IMG/VR virus record: IMGVR_UViG_3300003690_000003
Location: 1-64,000 of that record
Reading direction: 5' to 3' (one strand)
From: a virus
Length of the DNA: 64,000 nucleotides
Within the stretch, counting starts at the first letter, position 1. Each line of letters begins with the position of its first letter. The position numbers were made by a program, and so were the translations under genes. Below, one piece after another: positions 33,603 to 44,136 of the stretch. Under the pieces are notes generated by a model that saw only the letters and a program-made list of their open reading frames with translations, did not search any database and was not told the DNA's origin.

Positions 33603-34196
33603 TTAGACGATTATGTCTGCAATACCCATTTCAACTGCTTCTTCTGCGCTGAAGTATGCATCAAGGTTTTTAGAAACGATTTTCTTTATCCGCTTCATTG
33701 TTAGATTGCTCTCTTCGACGAGCGCCTCAAACATCATTTGTTCTAAAGTTTCGGCTTCCTTAAAACCAGCCTCGATACTATGTAAACTTCCACTTTCTCC
33801 GGTTAAAACGCGATGTAACATGATGCGGCAATGTTTGCCAATCCTTCGGTTGCCTTTGGTACCGGCCGCCAACAATAAAACACCAGCTGACATTACTTTG
33901 CCCATCCCACATGTGTGAATGGGGCACTCTTCTCGAACCATTCGCATCATATCATAGATTGCAAACATTTCGGCAACATTCCCACCTCCCGTCGCAATGT
34001 AAAAATCAACCGGTAAAAGCGGTATAATGCCATCTTCATCGGGGAGACCCTCTCGCGTGTGATGGTAGTGAAGAAGTCCTATTAAAAACTCTTGAGTATT
34101 TTCTTCGTTAACATCTCCGTAAAGCCCCAGCACTCTTGGTTCAAGAAGTTCAGGCGCCTCGAGTTCGAATTCTATTACCGGTTCTTCGTTATTCAT
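33603..34196 (-). CDS. clpP: ClpP-like protease
   Basis: FYIATGGG, GKVMSAG, IMLH, YFSAEEAVEMGIAD. Confidence 0.85.
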   Translation of the reverse strand: MNNEEPVIEFELEAPELLEPRVLGLYGDVNEENTQEFLIGLLHYHHTREGLPDEDGIIPLLPVDFYIATGGGNVAEMFAIYDMMRMVREECPIHTCGMGKVMSAGVLLLAAGTKGNRRIGKHCRIMLHRVLTGESGSLHSIEAGFKEAETLEQMMFEALVEESNLTMKRIKKIVSKNLDAYFSAEEAVEMGIADIIV

Positions 34197-34199
34197 TGA

Positions 34200-34670
34200 T
34201 TAACTTTCCTTTCTTTCTTGCGTCATCTCGTCGAGCCGCTGCATTGCCTCTCTCCAACTTGTAAAGTTGGTGACAAAAGAAAAAGCTCGGGGAGAGTTCA
34301 CGAGAATAGTCTGTATAACTGAGTTTTTCCAGTTAGCAATAATCTCGTTGTCTACTTTCTGAAAATCTCGAATCTGCTGCTTCGTAAAATCGCATTTTCG
34401 TAGATGACTGTACTTTATTTCCGTGATAAATGAAACATCTTCATGTATTTTGGCGCACATTAAAAGACAGCAGTATATAGTTTTCTCTACGACGTGAGCT
34501 GCATGCGATACTTCAAAAAACTGAGTGGCAAATTTACAGGAGAACACTCCAAAAAAATAAACACAAACTATCACTGCAATTTGAATGCCAGTCAAGTCCA
34601 TGTTATCTCCAAAAAAAACCGCGGGGACTACCCACGGTTTTATTATAGCAGCTTTTGTTTTATTTATCAA
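34200..34670 (-). CDS. hypothetical membrane-anchored protein
   Basis: Hydrophobic N-terminal helix; start uncertain. Confidence 0.55.
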   Translation of the reverse strand: MINKTKAAIIKPWVVPAVFFGDNMDLTGIQIAVIVCVYFFGVFSCKFATQFFEVSHAAHVVEKTIYCCLLMCAKIHEDVSFITEIKYSHLRKCDFTKQQIRDFQKVDNEIIANWKNSVIQTILVNSPRAFSFVTNFTSWREAMQRLDEMTQERKES

Positions 34671-34676
34671 TCAATA

Positions 34677-35660
34677 TTATTTTTTATTCCGCAAAGCCTC
34701 GCGAACGATTCGCTTAGCGACGCGCTTAGTAATCTTATTAATCATTTCTTGAAGTGGTAAATCAAGCTCTTCTTCCTCTTCAACATCAACATCTAGTTCT
34801 TCACCGCTGTCGAGAGGTAGCTCAACTTCTTCCTCTTCCTCTTGATCTACTTCGACTTCATCTCCTAGAACGTCTTCGAGAGCTATTTCAAGCGCAGCTA
34901 AGAAATCATCAACGCTGATTTCTCGGCCACCAGAGGGTTCCTCCAGATCGAGTCCAGCGTCCTCAAGATCCTCTTCGGCATCTAGATCAAGGTCATCAGC
35001 ACGTTCTAGATCAGCTGCGTCTTCCAAATCATCGAGCTCTTCGTCTTCCAGCTCGCCTTCCCGAAGGCGCGCTCCGGGGCGCTCATCATCAGGATGTCCA
35101 TAACCTGCGGCGCCTTCGCCGCGACCTCGACCATGAGATTCTTGCTGTTGCTGCGGAAGCTTCGGCTTCGGGAGCTTTCCCAGCTGGGCCTGCACGTCCG
35201 GTCTTCGCGGCCCTTTCAGCGCCGGGCTCGAACCCTCCGGGGCAGGAGCCGGCGGAAGATCGGGGATGGTGGCAGCACCTTCGCCACCGCCGCCCTTTCG
35301 AAGGCCGCCGCTTCCGGCTACCCCTCTGGGCTTGGTGGAAACTCCCTTCAACTCGGGGCGGGAAGCCTGCAGGGCGCCCTTCACCTCGGGAGAAAGTTCG
35401 GCTGCGTCTTCCGGAAAAGCTTCATTAACATATGCTTCGTCACCCTTCTTCTCGCCGCGGCCTTTACCAGAATGAGTTAAGTCCTGACCTTTGGTCGGGC
35501 TCTCGTCGGCCGGGCCGCCGGCTTCAGTCTCTTGACCCTTTTTAAAAGCAGCCTTCTCTGTCAGGCCGTGAACAAAGCCAGGCGTCAGAGGGGTTAGATT
35601 GGCCAGCTTCATGAACTGACGAACTTGAGCTTCGGTCAGTAGATTATCATTTTTACTCAT
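34677..35660 (-). CDS. acidic low-complexity protein, possible head scaffold/internal protein
   Basis: LLTEAQVRQFMKLANL N-terminus; long D/E tract; KRVAKRI C-terminus. Confidence 0.6.
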   Translation of the reverse strand: MSKNDNLLTEAQVRQFMKLANLTPLTPGFVHGLTEKAAFKKGQETEAGGPADESPTKGQDLTHSGKGRGEKKGDEAYVNEAFPEDAAELSPEVKGALQASRPELKGVSTKPRGVAGSGGLRKGGGGEGAATIPDLPPAPAPEGSSPALKGPRRPDVQAQLGKLPKPKLPQQQQESHGRGRGEGAAGYGHPDDERPGARLREGELEDEELDDLEDAADLERADDLDLDAEEDLEDAGLDLEEPSGGREISVDDFLAALEIALEDVLGDEVEVDQEEEEEVELPLDSGEELDVDVEEEEELDLPLQEMINKITKRVAKRIVREALRNKK

Positions 35661-35716
35661 TACACTATTCTCCTAAGCAAAAGAGTCGTATTACACGTGC
35701 TTGTCGCTACATTTAA

Positions 35717-35956
35717 TTAGTATCTATCGAACATAACGACGCTTTTTATTTTCTTCAAAGTTCCATCGACAATCTGTTTTGCGCGTACAATACTGATATG
35801 ATGTCGCGCAGCTACCTCCTTCAGCGTCATCGGTCCATGTTTATGGATCGCTATAAGGGTACAGTTCTGGTCCTCGGGATAATCAATCCACATCCGACAG
35901 TCCTTTTCAACACAACACTTTTTAGCGACTAAACATTCTTTACTACATTCTCTCAT
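35717..35956 (-). CDS. sigma70 region-4-like HTH protein with Cys cluster
   Basis: GPMTLKEVAARHHISIVRAKQI. Confidence 0.65.
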   Translation of the reverse strand: MRECSKECLVAKKCCVEKDCRMWIDYPEDQNCTLIAIHKHGPMTLKEVAARHHISIVRAKQIVDGTLKKIKSVVMFDRY

Positions 35957-36348
35957 CTTCTGTTCCTCTGCAGCAAATATTCTCTCACATGCTGCGCTAT
36001 TCTCTTATCATCAAAACGACGAAGACCTGCATTCCACACCACTGTTTGGTATGGGATTTCATGTGCATCATCGGGCGTTACAATAAAAAGAGAAGGATAA
36101 CCTCTGTAGTTACACCCAAACTCTTTTTTAAATCCATGGCTTAAAATGCCGCGGCCACCAGTACTTTCTGCCTCTATTATATAGAATTCACAACAATCTT
36201 TAAGTCTTTCTTGAAGCTTTTTATATACTGGTTTGAAAAAAGCACATACATCGCATTCAAGTGATACTATCAATAGTATGGCCGCTGACGATTGATTTTT
36301 GGCCTCGCGTAACAGCTTTAGATCTTTAACCTTGCGCAGTTCTCTCAT
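35953..36348 (-). CDS. thioredoxin-like protein
   Basis: CDVC active-site motif; GYPSL cis-Pro loop. Confidence 0.7.
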   Translation of the reverse strand: MRELRKVKDLKLLREAKNQSSAAILLIVSLECDVCAFFKPVYKKLQERLKDCCEFYIIEAESTGGRGILSHGFKKEFGCNYRGYPSLFIVTPDDAHEIPYQTVVWNAGLRRFDDKRIAQHVREYLLQRNRR

Positions 36349-36665
36349 AGTTCTGGTATCTCCTCTTCTATCAAATCAAATATGTTCTCTACATCTTCCT
36401 CTGTAATCCCCAACCTCTTCATTAAATCTTGCCCAGTTTTTCTGAGTGCTGCTGATTTTTTTATATTAGCTTTGGACTGTAGCTTTTCGTCCGTTTTATA
36501 GAAATCGAGAAACTCCATAAACTTTTCATTCTTATCTAAATAGGAAAGAACGCAAGCTCGAAAAAATTCACTCTGTGTTTTAAATCCATCGTAATGTATT
36601 CTTATTTTAAAGTCCTCGTGTAACCGAGGATGCAGGAAAAAAGCTATGCTTGCCAGATCTTTCAT
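36345..36665 (-). CDS. hypothetical (RHH-like) protein
   Basis: 106 aa, TQSEFFRA. Confidence 0.55.
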   Translation of the reverse strand: MKDLASIAFFLHPRLHEDFKIRIHYDGFKTQSEFFRACVLSYLDKNEKFMEFLDFYKTDEKLQSKANIKKSAALRKTGQDLMKRLGITEEDVENIFDLIEEEIPEL

Positions 36666-37696
36666 CGGTTTAATATATGAGTTGAACTTTCAACTTGGCC
36701 CGCGGAAGACTGAATAACAAACTGCGCTCTTTCCTGTAACTCTAAAATAGTCCGGGCGCCCGAGTATGACAGACCGCTACAAATTCCTCTCTTTAAATCT
36801 TGTAGTGTGATCTTTACGCCGCCGCGATATCGAACCGCTGTAGATATTCCTTCCAGTGAAGACGCTTTACCTCGCCAATCGATTTGAGCATCTTTGCTGG
36901 CCATTCCTCGGTAGGTTTTAAACTTGCCTTTGGCTGTTTCAAACACTTCGCCTGGGCATTCATTTGTGCCGGCGAGAAGAGACCCAACCATTATAAAATC
37001 CGCTCCACAGGCGAGAGCTTTAACAATATCTCCGGAGTTTTTAATTCCACCATCGGCAATAACTTTTACATTTTTAAATCGTCCCGCTTGTTTTGCAATA
37101 CGAGTTGCCAAGATTGATTCCAGTGTTGGGATTCCATGTCCTGTTTGAACACGGGTGGAACATATACTACCCCCTCCGATACCGATGCGCACGCTGTTTG
37201 CTCCCCATGTAGCTAAATCTCCAAAACCTTCGAAGGTCGCAACATTCCCCGCCATCAGATGAACTGCGTCCCCAAATGCTTGCCGAAGTTCGCGGAGAGC
37301 ATTCTTTACATGAAGATGATGACCGTGCGCCACGTCGATACATAGAATGCGTACCCCCGCCTCATATAAAGCTCTCGCGCGGTCCAAGTAATCTCCAGAT
37401 ACTCCGATTGCGGCGCCGGCGCGACCCCCCCTTAGTTTGATGACTTCCTCGGCCATTTGAGACTGCACTTCGATCGTATTATAACGATGTAAAATCGCGA
37501 GCGCTCCATTAGAACTCATAGCAATACCCATTTTCGTTTCAGATATGGTATCCATTGGGCTAGCTATGATTGGTAAATCAAAATGATTCTGTTGATCTAG
37601 CTCATTTTCTATACATATTTCAGTTCGTGATCCAATATCAGAATATTGAGGTACTAATAATATATCGTCATATGATAAAGCCTGCTTAAGTTGCAT
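36662..37696 (-). CDS. IMP dehydrogenase / GMP reductase (no CBS domain)
   Basis: YDDILLVP, SPMDT, IDVAHGH, AGNV, GIGGGSICSTR, ADGG, YRGMAS. Confidence 0.92.
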   Translation of the reverse strand: MQLKQALSYDDILLVPQYSDIGSRTEICIENELDQQNHFDLPIIASPMDTISETKMGIAMSSNGALAILHRYNTIEVQSQMAEEVIKLRGGRAGAAIGVSGDYLDRARALYEAGVRILCIDVAHGHHLHVKNALRELRQAFGDAVHLMAGNVATFEGFGDLATWGANSVRIGIGGGSICSTRVQTGHGIPTLESILATRIAKQAGRFKNVKVIADGGIKNSGDIVKALACGADFIMVGSLLAGTNECPGEVFETAKGKFKTYRGMASKDAQIDWRGKASSLEGISTAVRYRGGVKITLQDLKRGICSGLSYSGARTILELQERAQFVIQSSAGQVESSTHILNR

Positions 37697-37949
37697 TTGT
37701 TTCTCCTATACTATTTTCAACTCTCTGCCAACAGAAGGGACACGTAAGACGAACGATCTTTCTCTCCTCAAACGTTACCACATGCCAAGTTTGTGCCATC
37801 TCTTTACTCTTTTTATCAAACTCTGTTTCACATACACAACATTTTTCTGGCATATCCAAAAGCAAACTTGTTCGTCGCTGAAGTACCTCCTGGGTCTTCT
37901 TGCGTTCCTTCTTACGCTGGGCGCTATTGAACTTTCTTATCTTAGGCAT
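37686..37949 (-). CDS. Zn-binding hypothetical protein
   Basis: CCVC...CPFC. Confidence 0.55.
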   Translation of the reverse strand: MPKIRKFNSAQRKKERKKTQEVLQRRTSLLLDMPEKCCVCETEFDKKSKEMAQTWHVVTFEERKIVRLTCPFCWQRVENSIGETNAT

Positions 37950-37951
37950 TC

Positions 37952-38485
37952 TTATGGTCTTTCCATGGGATAGAAATCTGGTGCCAAAGCAACTGGCGGC
38001 TTATAAAGGGTATTCGAATGAAATACGACTACCGCCGAAGGGAAAGGCGCAGCATTCTCTGAGTCTCCGAACTTTAGTCTGCCGCGTACCAAATGGACTT
38101 CTTTGGCCTTCATTACATAATCATGCCACCACTTGGTATCTGTTCTCGAAGGAATTAACATCACCACTACCGTATTGTGTTTCTTAGACTCTTCATAGCC
38201 TTTCTTAAGCCACACTCCGATGCCTCGACCGTAAGGAGGATTAACAAAAACTGTATGTCCTTTCCAATCCTGTGTGAGGCCGTCATCTTCTTCTGTGAAA
38301 TATTTATCACATTTGGTGTTCGTTGCTGTTGCACATGGATCCAAAGTGAAGTTGAACTGTTCGTCTAGTTTATCAAAAAGAGCCTGCGGGGTTTCCCACT
38401 CGCCATTTCCCGAACTAAATCCTACGGCACCCTTGGATTGACTCCACAAGTTTCCCTTAACAAAGTGTGATATTTCAGGTCGCAT
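37952..38485 (-). CDS. phage DNA N6-adenine methyltransferase
   Basis: EWETPQ, LDPCA, DGL, FVNPPY, SRTDT, GRLKF. Confidence 0.9.
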   Translation of the reverse strand: MRPEISHFVKGNLWSQSKGAVGFSSGNGEWETPQALFDKLDEQFNFTLDPCATATNTKCDKYFTEEDDGLTQDWKGHTVFVNPPYGRGIGVWLKKGYEESKKHNTVVVMLIPSRTDTKWWHDYVMKAKEVHLVRGRLKFGDSENAAPFPSAVVVFHSNTLYKPPVALAPDFYPMERP

Positions 38486-38939
38486 CTGTACTCCCTAGTG
38501 CGCCATGGCCGCGAGCACTTATGGTAACTGGATATTCATACAGTTCGCCGCCAGTGTTCTCCCATGGTTGGAATGAAACAACTGGTATCATTACAAGTTG
38601 AGCTATTTTTGTTTCCCTCTCAACGAAAGTTACTTCGCTCCCGATGTTATGAAGATTAATAAATACTTCGCCGTCATACCCCGAATCTATAACGCATGCG
38701 CCCACTATAAGGCTGCGCTTGACTGCAATACTCGATCTGTTCTTTACTTCCAGCATGTAGCCATGCGGCACTTCAAATCTTAATCCAGTCTGAAGCAGTG
38801 CACTTTCTCCTGGTTCAATACGGCGCGTTGTCGTAGAAAAATCTTCGGGACAATAATATACGTCTAAGCCTGCATCACTTGGGTGCCCTCTTGTTGGTTT
38901 AATCGCATCGTCTCTTACACGGTGGTACTGTACAATCAT
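38475..38939 (-). CDS. dut: dUTPase
   Basis: DAGLD, RSS, IDSGYDGE, IAQLV, RGHGALGST. Confidence 0.93.
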   Translation of the reverse strand: MIVQYHRVRDDAIKPTRGHPSDAGLDVYYCPEDFSTTTRRIEPGESALLQTGLRFEVPHGYMLEVKNRSSIAVKRSLIVGACVIDSGYDGEVFINLHNIGSEVTFVERETKIAQLVMIPVVSFQPWENTGGELYEYPVTISARGHGALGSTDAT

Positions 38940-38947
38940 TTTATCTC

Positions 38948-39550
38948 CTATTCAAAATCAATGTTAACGTTAACTGTTATGTTAAACTTGGGTACTCGTA
39001 TTTGACTGGCTAGTCCATGGTTCTTTGCCTCGGCAGCGTCCAAAAACCAGTCAGCATGGCCTCGCTCATGGATAAGATCCAAGAAGTAATCATCTTTCTT
39101 CCCACAGTTTCTAGCCATCATCTTATAAACTGTTTGATTTAATCTTTCTGCTTCTGCTGCATCCGCCTTGATCTCTTCTACCTTGCCCCATACCGATGTC
39201 GAAATATCATGTATCATTAAAGTAGCATCAGGGTCCATAAACCTCATTCCATCGTCCCCAAAAGAAAATAAAATTGCTCCACACGACATGGCTTTCCCTT
39301 CAATAATCGTAGCTACGGGTAGCTCCGCGTGTTTGATAGATGATATCATGGCCATCAGGCTGTAAACCTGACCGCCATATGAATCAACAATAACGGGAAT
39401 AACTGATTGGCCCGTGTTGTGTGCCTCAGATATTTGTGCGGCAAACTCTTTGGCCGCTTTGTTGTTAAACTCGTTCACCCTTGCGACCACCGGTGTTTTC
39501 CGAAGCTCGGTCTCTTTCAGAAGCGGACTACACGTTATTGTTGTCTTCAT
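38948..39550 (-). CDS. clpP: second ClpP-like protease
   Basis: DSYGG, GKAMSCG, LMIH, DWFLDAAEA. Confidence 0.85.
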   Translation of the reverse strand: MKTTITCSPLLKETELRKTPVVARVNEFNNKAAKEFAAQISEAHNTGQSVIPVIVDSYGGQVYSLMAMISSIKHAELPVATIIEGKAMSCGAILFSFGDDGMRFMDPDATLMIHDISTSVWGKVEEIKADAAEAERLNQTVYKMMARNCGKKDDYFLDLIHERGHADWFLDAAEAKNHGLASQIRVPKFNITVNVNIDFE

Positions 39551-40542
39551 TATATCCTTTCTGGGTTATCTGAAAAATGTAGTTCCAGCTGAGGAAGATA
39601 GAGTTCTAAATAATCTTTCCAGCTGTCTTCGTTTTGTAAATGTATTTCAATACTATTTGTATTATCCATGCGAAATGGCCAGCGGTTTAACTCTCGAAGC
39701 ACATCGACCTTATTTATTACTAAATCAGTTACTCCATTAATTTCTATTGCTTTCTTGAGTAGATTTAAGTTAGTCCAGTTGCATTGGCGTGGGCGCCCCG
39801 TTGTGGCTCCAAACTCCTGCCCCGCTTCTTGGAGCTTATCAAAGATTTCGCCGGCGCCGTGAAACTTCTTAGACCCCACATATGTTTCGTAGGCCTTGGC
39901 CACCCCCCATACCTTTCGTACCGCCGTTGCAGGAATACCATTGAGAAGCGCTCCAGCGGCCGTACAGTGGCTTGAGGTAACGTAAGGGTAGTCACCCCAG
40001 TCTATGTCCAGGCCAAAGCCTTGTGCACCCTCACAGAGGATTAGAGCACATGGATGATCATGAAGTTCTTTATAAAGATCAATGACATAGTCCATAAGGG
40101 CGGGCACCATTTCGGCACGGACGCCCTTCCGCGCATACTTGTCCCGGTAGGCGGGCCCATTGCCTCTCTTGGTGGTGCCGATGATACTTTCCTGCGCATC
40201 TTCTTGTAAATGTTTATCCGTAATAATATGAGCGTTTTTAGCTATCTTTACTAGATCGTTACAGGGAATACCATTCTCTTCCAACATTTCTATTTCTTTA
40301 AAGAACTGTTCCATATTAACCACACATCCAGCCCCAATGATAGACTTTACGCCAAAGAAAACACCGGCCGGTATGTGATGGGTGATGAACTTCTTTTCCT
40401 TGTGGTAAATGGTATGCCCCGCATTGCAGCCACCATTGTAGCGTAGACAAATATTATATGCTCCCTGGCGTAGAAGGTGATGGGCTATTTTCCCCTTCCC
40501 GCAATCGCCGTATTGTAAATCAACTACTATATCTACTATCAT
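39550..40542 (-). CDS. purA: adenylosuccinate synthetase
   Basis: QYGDCGKGK, NAGHT, GTT, EGAQG, YPYVTSS, EFGATTGRPR, KVDVL. Confidence 0.92.
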   Translation of the reverse strand: MIVDIVVDLQYGDCGKGKIAHHLLRQGAYNICLRYNGGCNAGHTIYHKEKKFITHHIPAGVFFGVKSIIGAGCVVNMEQFFKEIEMLEENGIPCNDLVKIAKNAHIITDKHLQEDAQESIIGTTKRGNGPAYRDKYARKGVRAEMVPALMDYVIDLYKELHDHPCALILCEGAQGFGLDIDWGDYPYVTSSHCTAAGALLNGIPATAVRKVWGVAKAYETYVGSKKFHGAGEIFDKLQEAGQEFGATTGRPRQCNWTNLNLLKKAIEINGVTDLVINKVDVLRELNRWPFRMDNTNSIEIHLQNEDSWKDYLELYLPQLELHFSDNPERI

Positions 40543-40685
40543 CGTTTTCCTTGACCTCGATATCTCTTCTTGTAATGTTGATTTCCACCATTAGCGCCCG
40601 GGTTCCCGTACTTAGTAAATTTGCTATTCCCGAGACGCGTCTTTTTCTTGGAGCCTTCTTTTTGGCGCTCTTTTTTCTTTGCCAC
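40539..40685 (-). CDS. small basic phage protein (48 aa, below cutoff)
   Basis: Manual translation MAKKKERQKEGSKKKTRLGNSKFTKYGNPGANGGNQHYKKRYRGQGKR; ATGA-coupled to purA. Confidence 0.65.
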   Translation of the reverse strand: MAKKKERQKEGSKKKTRLGNSKFTKYGNPGANGGNQHYKKRYRGQGKR

Positions 40686-40695
40686 TGTATTTTTC

Positions 40696-43600
40696 CTATC
40701 CTAGTAGTTTCATGTTTCTTCTAACAGACCTAGTGCTGAACCCCCATTGCTCATTATAATCCAAACGAGCCATGTAGGGTCTATTGATAAACACTTGATC
40801 CTTACCTGGTATTATGCCCCAACATCTAATCTTTGTCAAGGTAGAATTACCGTCTATTGCAGTTATAACCAAATATGGTTTGCCGTTCTTTGTTTTGCGC
40901 TCTATAACCTCCCGAGGAATAAACCATACCAATCCTAGCTCTCGATCATATTCTGATATGGGTGGGATGTACAACTCATCCAGCCGGCTCTTAGTGTGGT
41001 GATCTAAGACTAGATCCATAGGGAAGATGCCCGTAAGACTGACAGTATTTTCAATCTCTTCTTCGTGCGAAAACTCACCTTCGGGCTTATATGTTTCTAT
41101 ATTCTCGTTGAACTTCTTCTTGTTCTTTGGGCGATCGACCGCTACCGATGACCAAAAATGTTTGCGTCCTGTAAAACGGTCATCTATTAAACTATCCATG
41201 GCTCCGCTTCGTACTAACACGTCCAATGCCTTCTTATTGAACTTAGAGTATACCACATCTGGATGGAATATGGCATCTTCAATCGTGTCGAAAGGACGAT
41301 TTTTTAATACCTGCTCAATGGCTGCGTCGCCAAGTCCCTTCAACGAAGATAATGGCTGCACTAGTGTCATACTGTCATTGGGATCGATTTCCCACACGTC
41401 AATCGACATATTAATGTCTGCCTTCTCAATATTAAATCCATAGCTCTTAGCAATATTGATTGCCTTCTCTTTTCTAGACTCGGGCTCTTTGTCAAGGAAT
41501 GCCGCCATCCATTCAGCAGGGTAGTAGTTTAGTAGCCATGCGCATTGGAATGAAATAATAGAATAAGAAACGGCATGCGATTTATTAAAGCCGTAGCCTG
41601 AGAAATACTCAAAAGTTTTCCATAGTCTGTCAGCCTGTGAAATTCTCATCCCTTTCTCCTGACAACCCTCCACGAACTTTGCATAAAGTTTGTTCTTAAC
41701 TTCGTGACCCTTTCCGGTCCCTTTCTTAGTAAGAACCTTACGAAGCATATTTCCCTCATCGAGACTAAGGTTTTTACCAAGTTTATGAGCGAGCAGCGCT
41801 ATCTGTTCCTGAAAAATAAGAAATCCAAATGTCTCTTGTGTTTCTTCTTTTACAATCTCATGAACGTGGTCGATGTTTTCCGGATGTCTCTTGGCTTCTA
41901 CATATTGTTCATGTACGTTAGCCGATAGCGGGCCCGGGCGATAGATGGCAGTGATGGCTGCGATATCAATCAAACTCTCTGGGCGCGCTCTCTTGCAGAA
42001 GTTTTGTGCCGGCTGTTCCGTGAACTGAAAGATACCGGCCCAGCTGCCTTTGTGAAAAATATTCTTATACACTTCTTGATTATCAAAATCAATCGTATCA
42101 GGGTGAAGATGTTTGTGGTAGAAGTTTTTAACGTCTTCAAATGTAGGGTTCTCCACCCCGTGGTGCCTACGTAGCACGTGCCGGATACACCCGTCAATCA
42201 TTCGAAGTGTAGAAAGCCCAAGCAAATCAAACTTAATGAACCCTAGCGGTTCTAGGTGTCGAACATTTTGACCTTCTGACCACGGTGCTTGGCGTACGCC
42301 TCCAGAATTAATGAGGGGCATACGCTCGTCCAAGTTCTCGGCTATAAGAACGCCGCCGGCATGCCGACTGCAGCTGCGTACCTGTCCTACCAACGCCTCC
42401 ACATGCGTCTTAATGCGTGGATGCTTTACCAGGAAGCCGCGCAGAGAGGGGCTGAACTCCATAACCTCTTCCCATGTAGGATTATAGACGCCAGCTTTAA
42501 TATCGTTCTTACGTTTGGCATCTTGAAGCGCTTCTCTTACCATCACACTTGTGACTTTGTTAACTTCTATAAATGGGATATCATAAAACTTTGAAATATC
42601 TTTAAGGAGCGACCTTAGCTGAAGGGTGTTCCAATTTGAGATAGGGACTACGGTGTTCTCACCCCAGTCTTTCGCGAGACGCTCTTTAAGTTCCATGGGC
42701 TCTGACACATCGAAGTCGATATCAGGGTAATCCGTAGCGTCGCGACGTAAAAATCTCTCAAACAGGAGTCCCCATCGAACCGGATCAACCTGTGTAATAT
42801 CCAGCACATAGGCTACCAGAGAACCTGCTGCTGAACCTCGGCCAGGTCCTGTAACCTGAACCTCATTAGCCTTGTCAACAATCGCTTTCATTGTCAAAAA
42901 ATACTTGCTGAATCCTCGATCCTTAATGACTTCAAGTTCCATTTTTAAGCGTGAGGTATATTTTTGATTCGTATGAAGGTCCTTCGTACGCAAACCATCG
43001 ATGGCTAGCTTTTGAAGGGCTTCTTCAGCGGTTGCCCCTTCGGGAACAACAAAGTCTGGTAACTTGATAGAAGTGTCGGGTTGAAAATCTTCGATGCGAT
43101 TAAAAGCAATATTGTGAGTTTCAGTAAGGGAACTCAATACAAGATCATCATCGTATTCTACCTCGCATGCTTCTGAATACTTTTTATAGGCTTCCCACAT
43201 TTGATCACCGTTTTTAGGGTAAAGTTCATACCCAATCGTATCAACATCTATAGGCAAATCATCTGACATCCACTCGGGTCTTTGCATACTCTTTCCAAGC
43301 CAGCCTAAGCGCTTGTATAACTCTCGATCTTTCCATGCGGTCGGATTTGGGTAGTGACTATCGGCCGTAGAAATTAAAGTAATCCCATATTCATCCTTCA
43401 TCTGGATGATATACTTGTTCAACTCATGTTGCTCGGGAACGCTGTTCCATTGTAGCTCTCCATACCAACGGTCTCCAAATATTCTTACCATGTTCTCGGT
43501 AGTTCCGCGCATTGCGTTCAGAATAGCCTCTTCGCCTTCTTCCCGATTGCTCCAATAGTCCCCCGCATAGATGCCCCCCAGACATGCGCTCGCTGCAATA

Positions 43601-44136
43601 ATCCCTTCGTTATATTTCTCCAACATTTCATAGTCTACACGGGGATAACGATAAAAGTTTTCTTGCTTGTAGCTTTGTGAGATTAGCTTGAAAATATTAT
43701 TTAAGCCTGTCTGATTTTGGGCCAAGAGAATCATGTGCCGCCGATGATTGAGAAGACTACGAATAGCTTTCTTACTTTCTCCTTCATCTTCGATCGTGGT
43801 GCCGCTCATTTCATTATTAAGTTTACGAGCCTCTTTCGCATCTGCTTTTATTCTATCATATTCTTCACGCCACTCGCTGATGCTGGGAATAAAATACGCT
43901 TCCACTCCATAGATGGCTTTAAACTTCTTACCCTCGGCTTGCATCTTTTTTAGGTGTAGAAATTGATGACTGAACCCATTCATATTTCCGTGATCGGTAA
44001 GCGCCAGTGCCTCCCCGCCATTCTCATAGGCAAAATCCATGTGTTCTGGTGGATATCCAATCGCATCAAAGATACTTCCTGCGACACTATGAGCATGTAG
44101 TCCAACAAATGGGATTGAGGGTTCTTTTCTATTCAT
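40696..44136 (-). CDS. dnaE: DNA polymerase III alpha subunit
   Basis: PHP HAHS/TDHG/DSHY; GRGSAAGS; PDIDFD; KFDLLGL; YGFNKSH. Confidence 0.96.
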   Translation of the reverse strand: MNRKEPSIPFVGLHAHSVAGSIFDAIGYPPEHMDFAYENGGEALALTDHGNMNGFSHQFLHLKKMQAEGKKFKAIYGVEAYFIPSISEWREEYDRIKADAKEARKLNNEMSGTTIEDEGESKKAIRSLLNHRRHMILLAQNQTGLNNIFKLISQSYKQENFYRYPRVDYEMLEKYNEGIIAASACLGGIYAGDYWSNREEGEEAILNAMRGTTENMVRIFGDRWYGELQWNSVPEQHELNKYIIQMKDEYGITLISTADSHYPNPTAWKDRELYKRLGWLGKSMQRPEWMSDDLPIDVDTIGYELYPKNGDQMWEAYKKYSEACEVEYDDDLVLSSLTETHNIAFNRIEDFQPDTSIKLPDFVVPEGATAEEALQKLAIDGLRTKDLHTNQKYTSRLKMELEVIKDRGFSKYFLTMKAIVDKANEVQVTGPGRGSAAGSLVAYVLDITQVDPVRWGLLFERFLRRDATDYPDIDFDVSEPMELKERLAKDWGENTVVPISNWNTLQLRSLLKDISKFYDIPFIEVNKVTSVMVREALQDAKRKNDIKAGVYNPTWEEVMEFSPSLRGFLVKHPRIKTHVEALVGQVRSCSRHAGGVLIAENLDERMPLINSGGVRQAPWSEGQNVRHLEPLGFIKFDLLGLSTLRMIDGCIRHVLRRHHGVENPTFEDVKNFYHKHLHPDTIDFDNQEVYKNIFHKGSWAGIFQFTEQPAQNFCKRARPESLIDIAAITAIYRPGPLSANVHEQYVEAKRHPENIDHVHEIVKEETQETFGFLIFQEQIALLAHKLGKNLSLDEGNMLRKVLTKKGTGKGHEVKNKLYAKFVEGCQEKGMRISQADRLWKTFEYFSGYGFNKSHAVSYSIISFQCAWLLNYYPAEWMAAFLDKEPESRKEKAINIAKSYGFNIEKADINMSIDVWEIDPNDSMTLVQPLSSLKGLGDAAIEQVLKNRPFDTIEDAIFHPDVVYSKFNKKALDVLVRSGAMDSLIDDRFTGRKHFWSSVAVDRPKNKKKFNENIETYKPEGEFSHEEEIENTVSLTGIFPMDLVLDHHTKSRLDELYIPPISEYDRELGLVWFIPREVIERKTKNGKPYLVITAIDGNSTLTKIRCWGIIPGKDQVFINRPYMARLDYNEQWGFSTRSVRRNMKLLG

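Noticed and set aside
39550-40542. PurZ (Z-genome, 2-aminoadenine) pathway
   Set aside because: The motif is GDCGKG with the catalytic Asp of PurA, not the GSTGKG-type Ser of PurZ; no obvious DatZ/MazZ neighbours.
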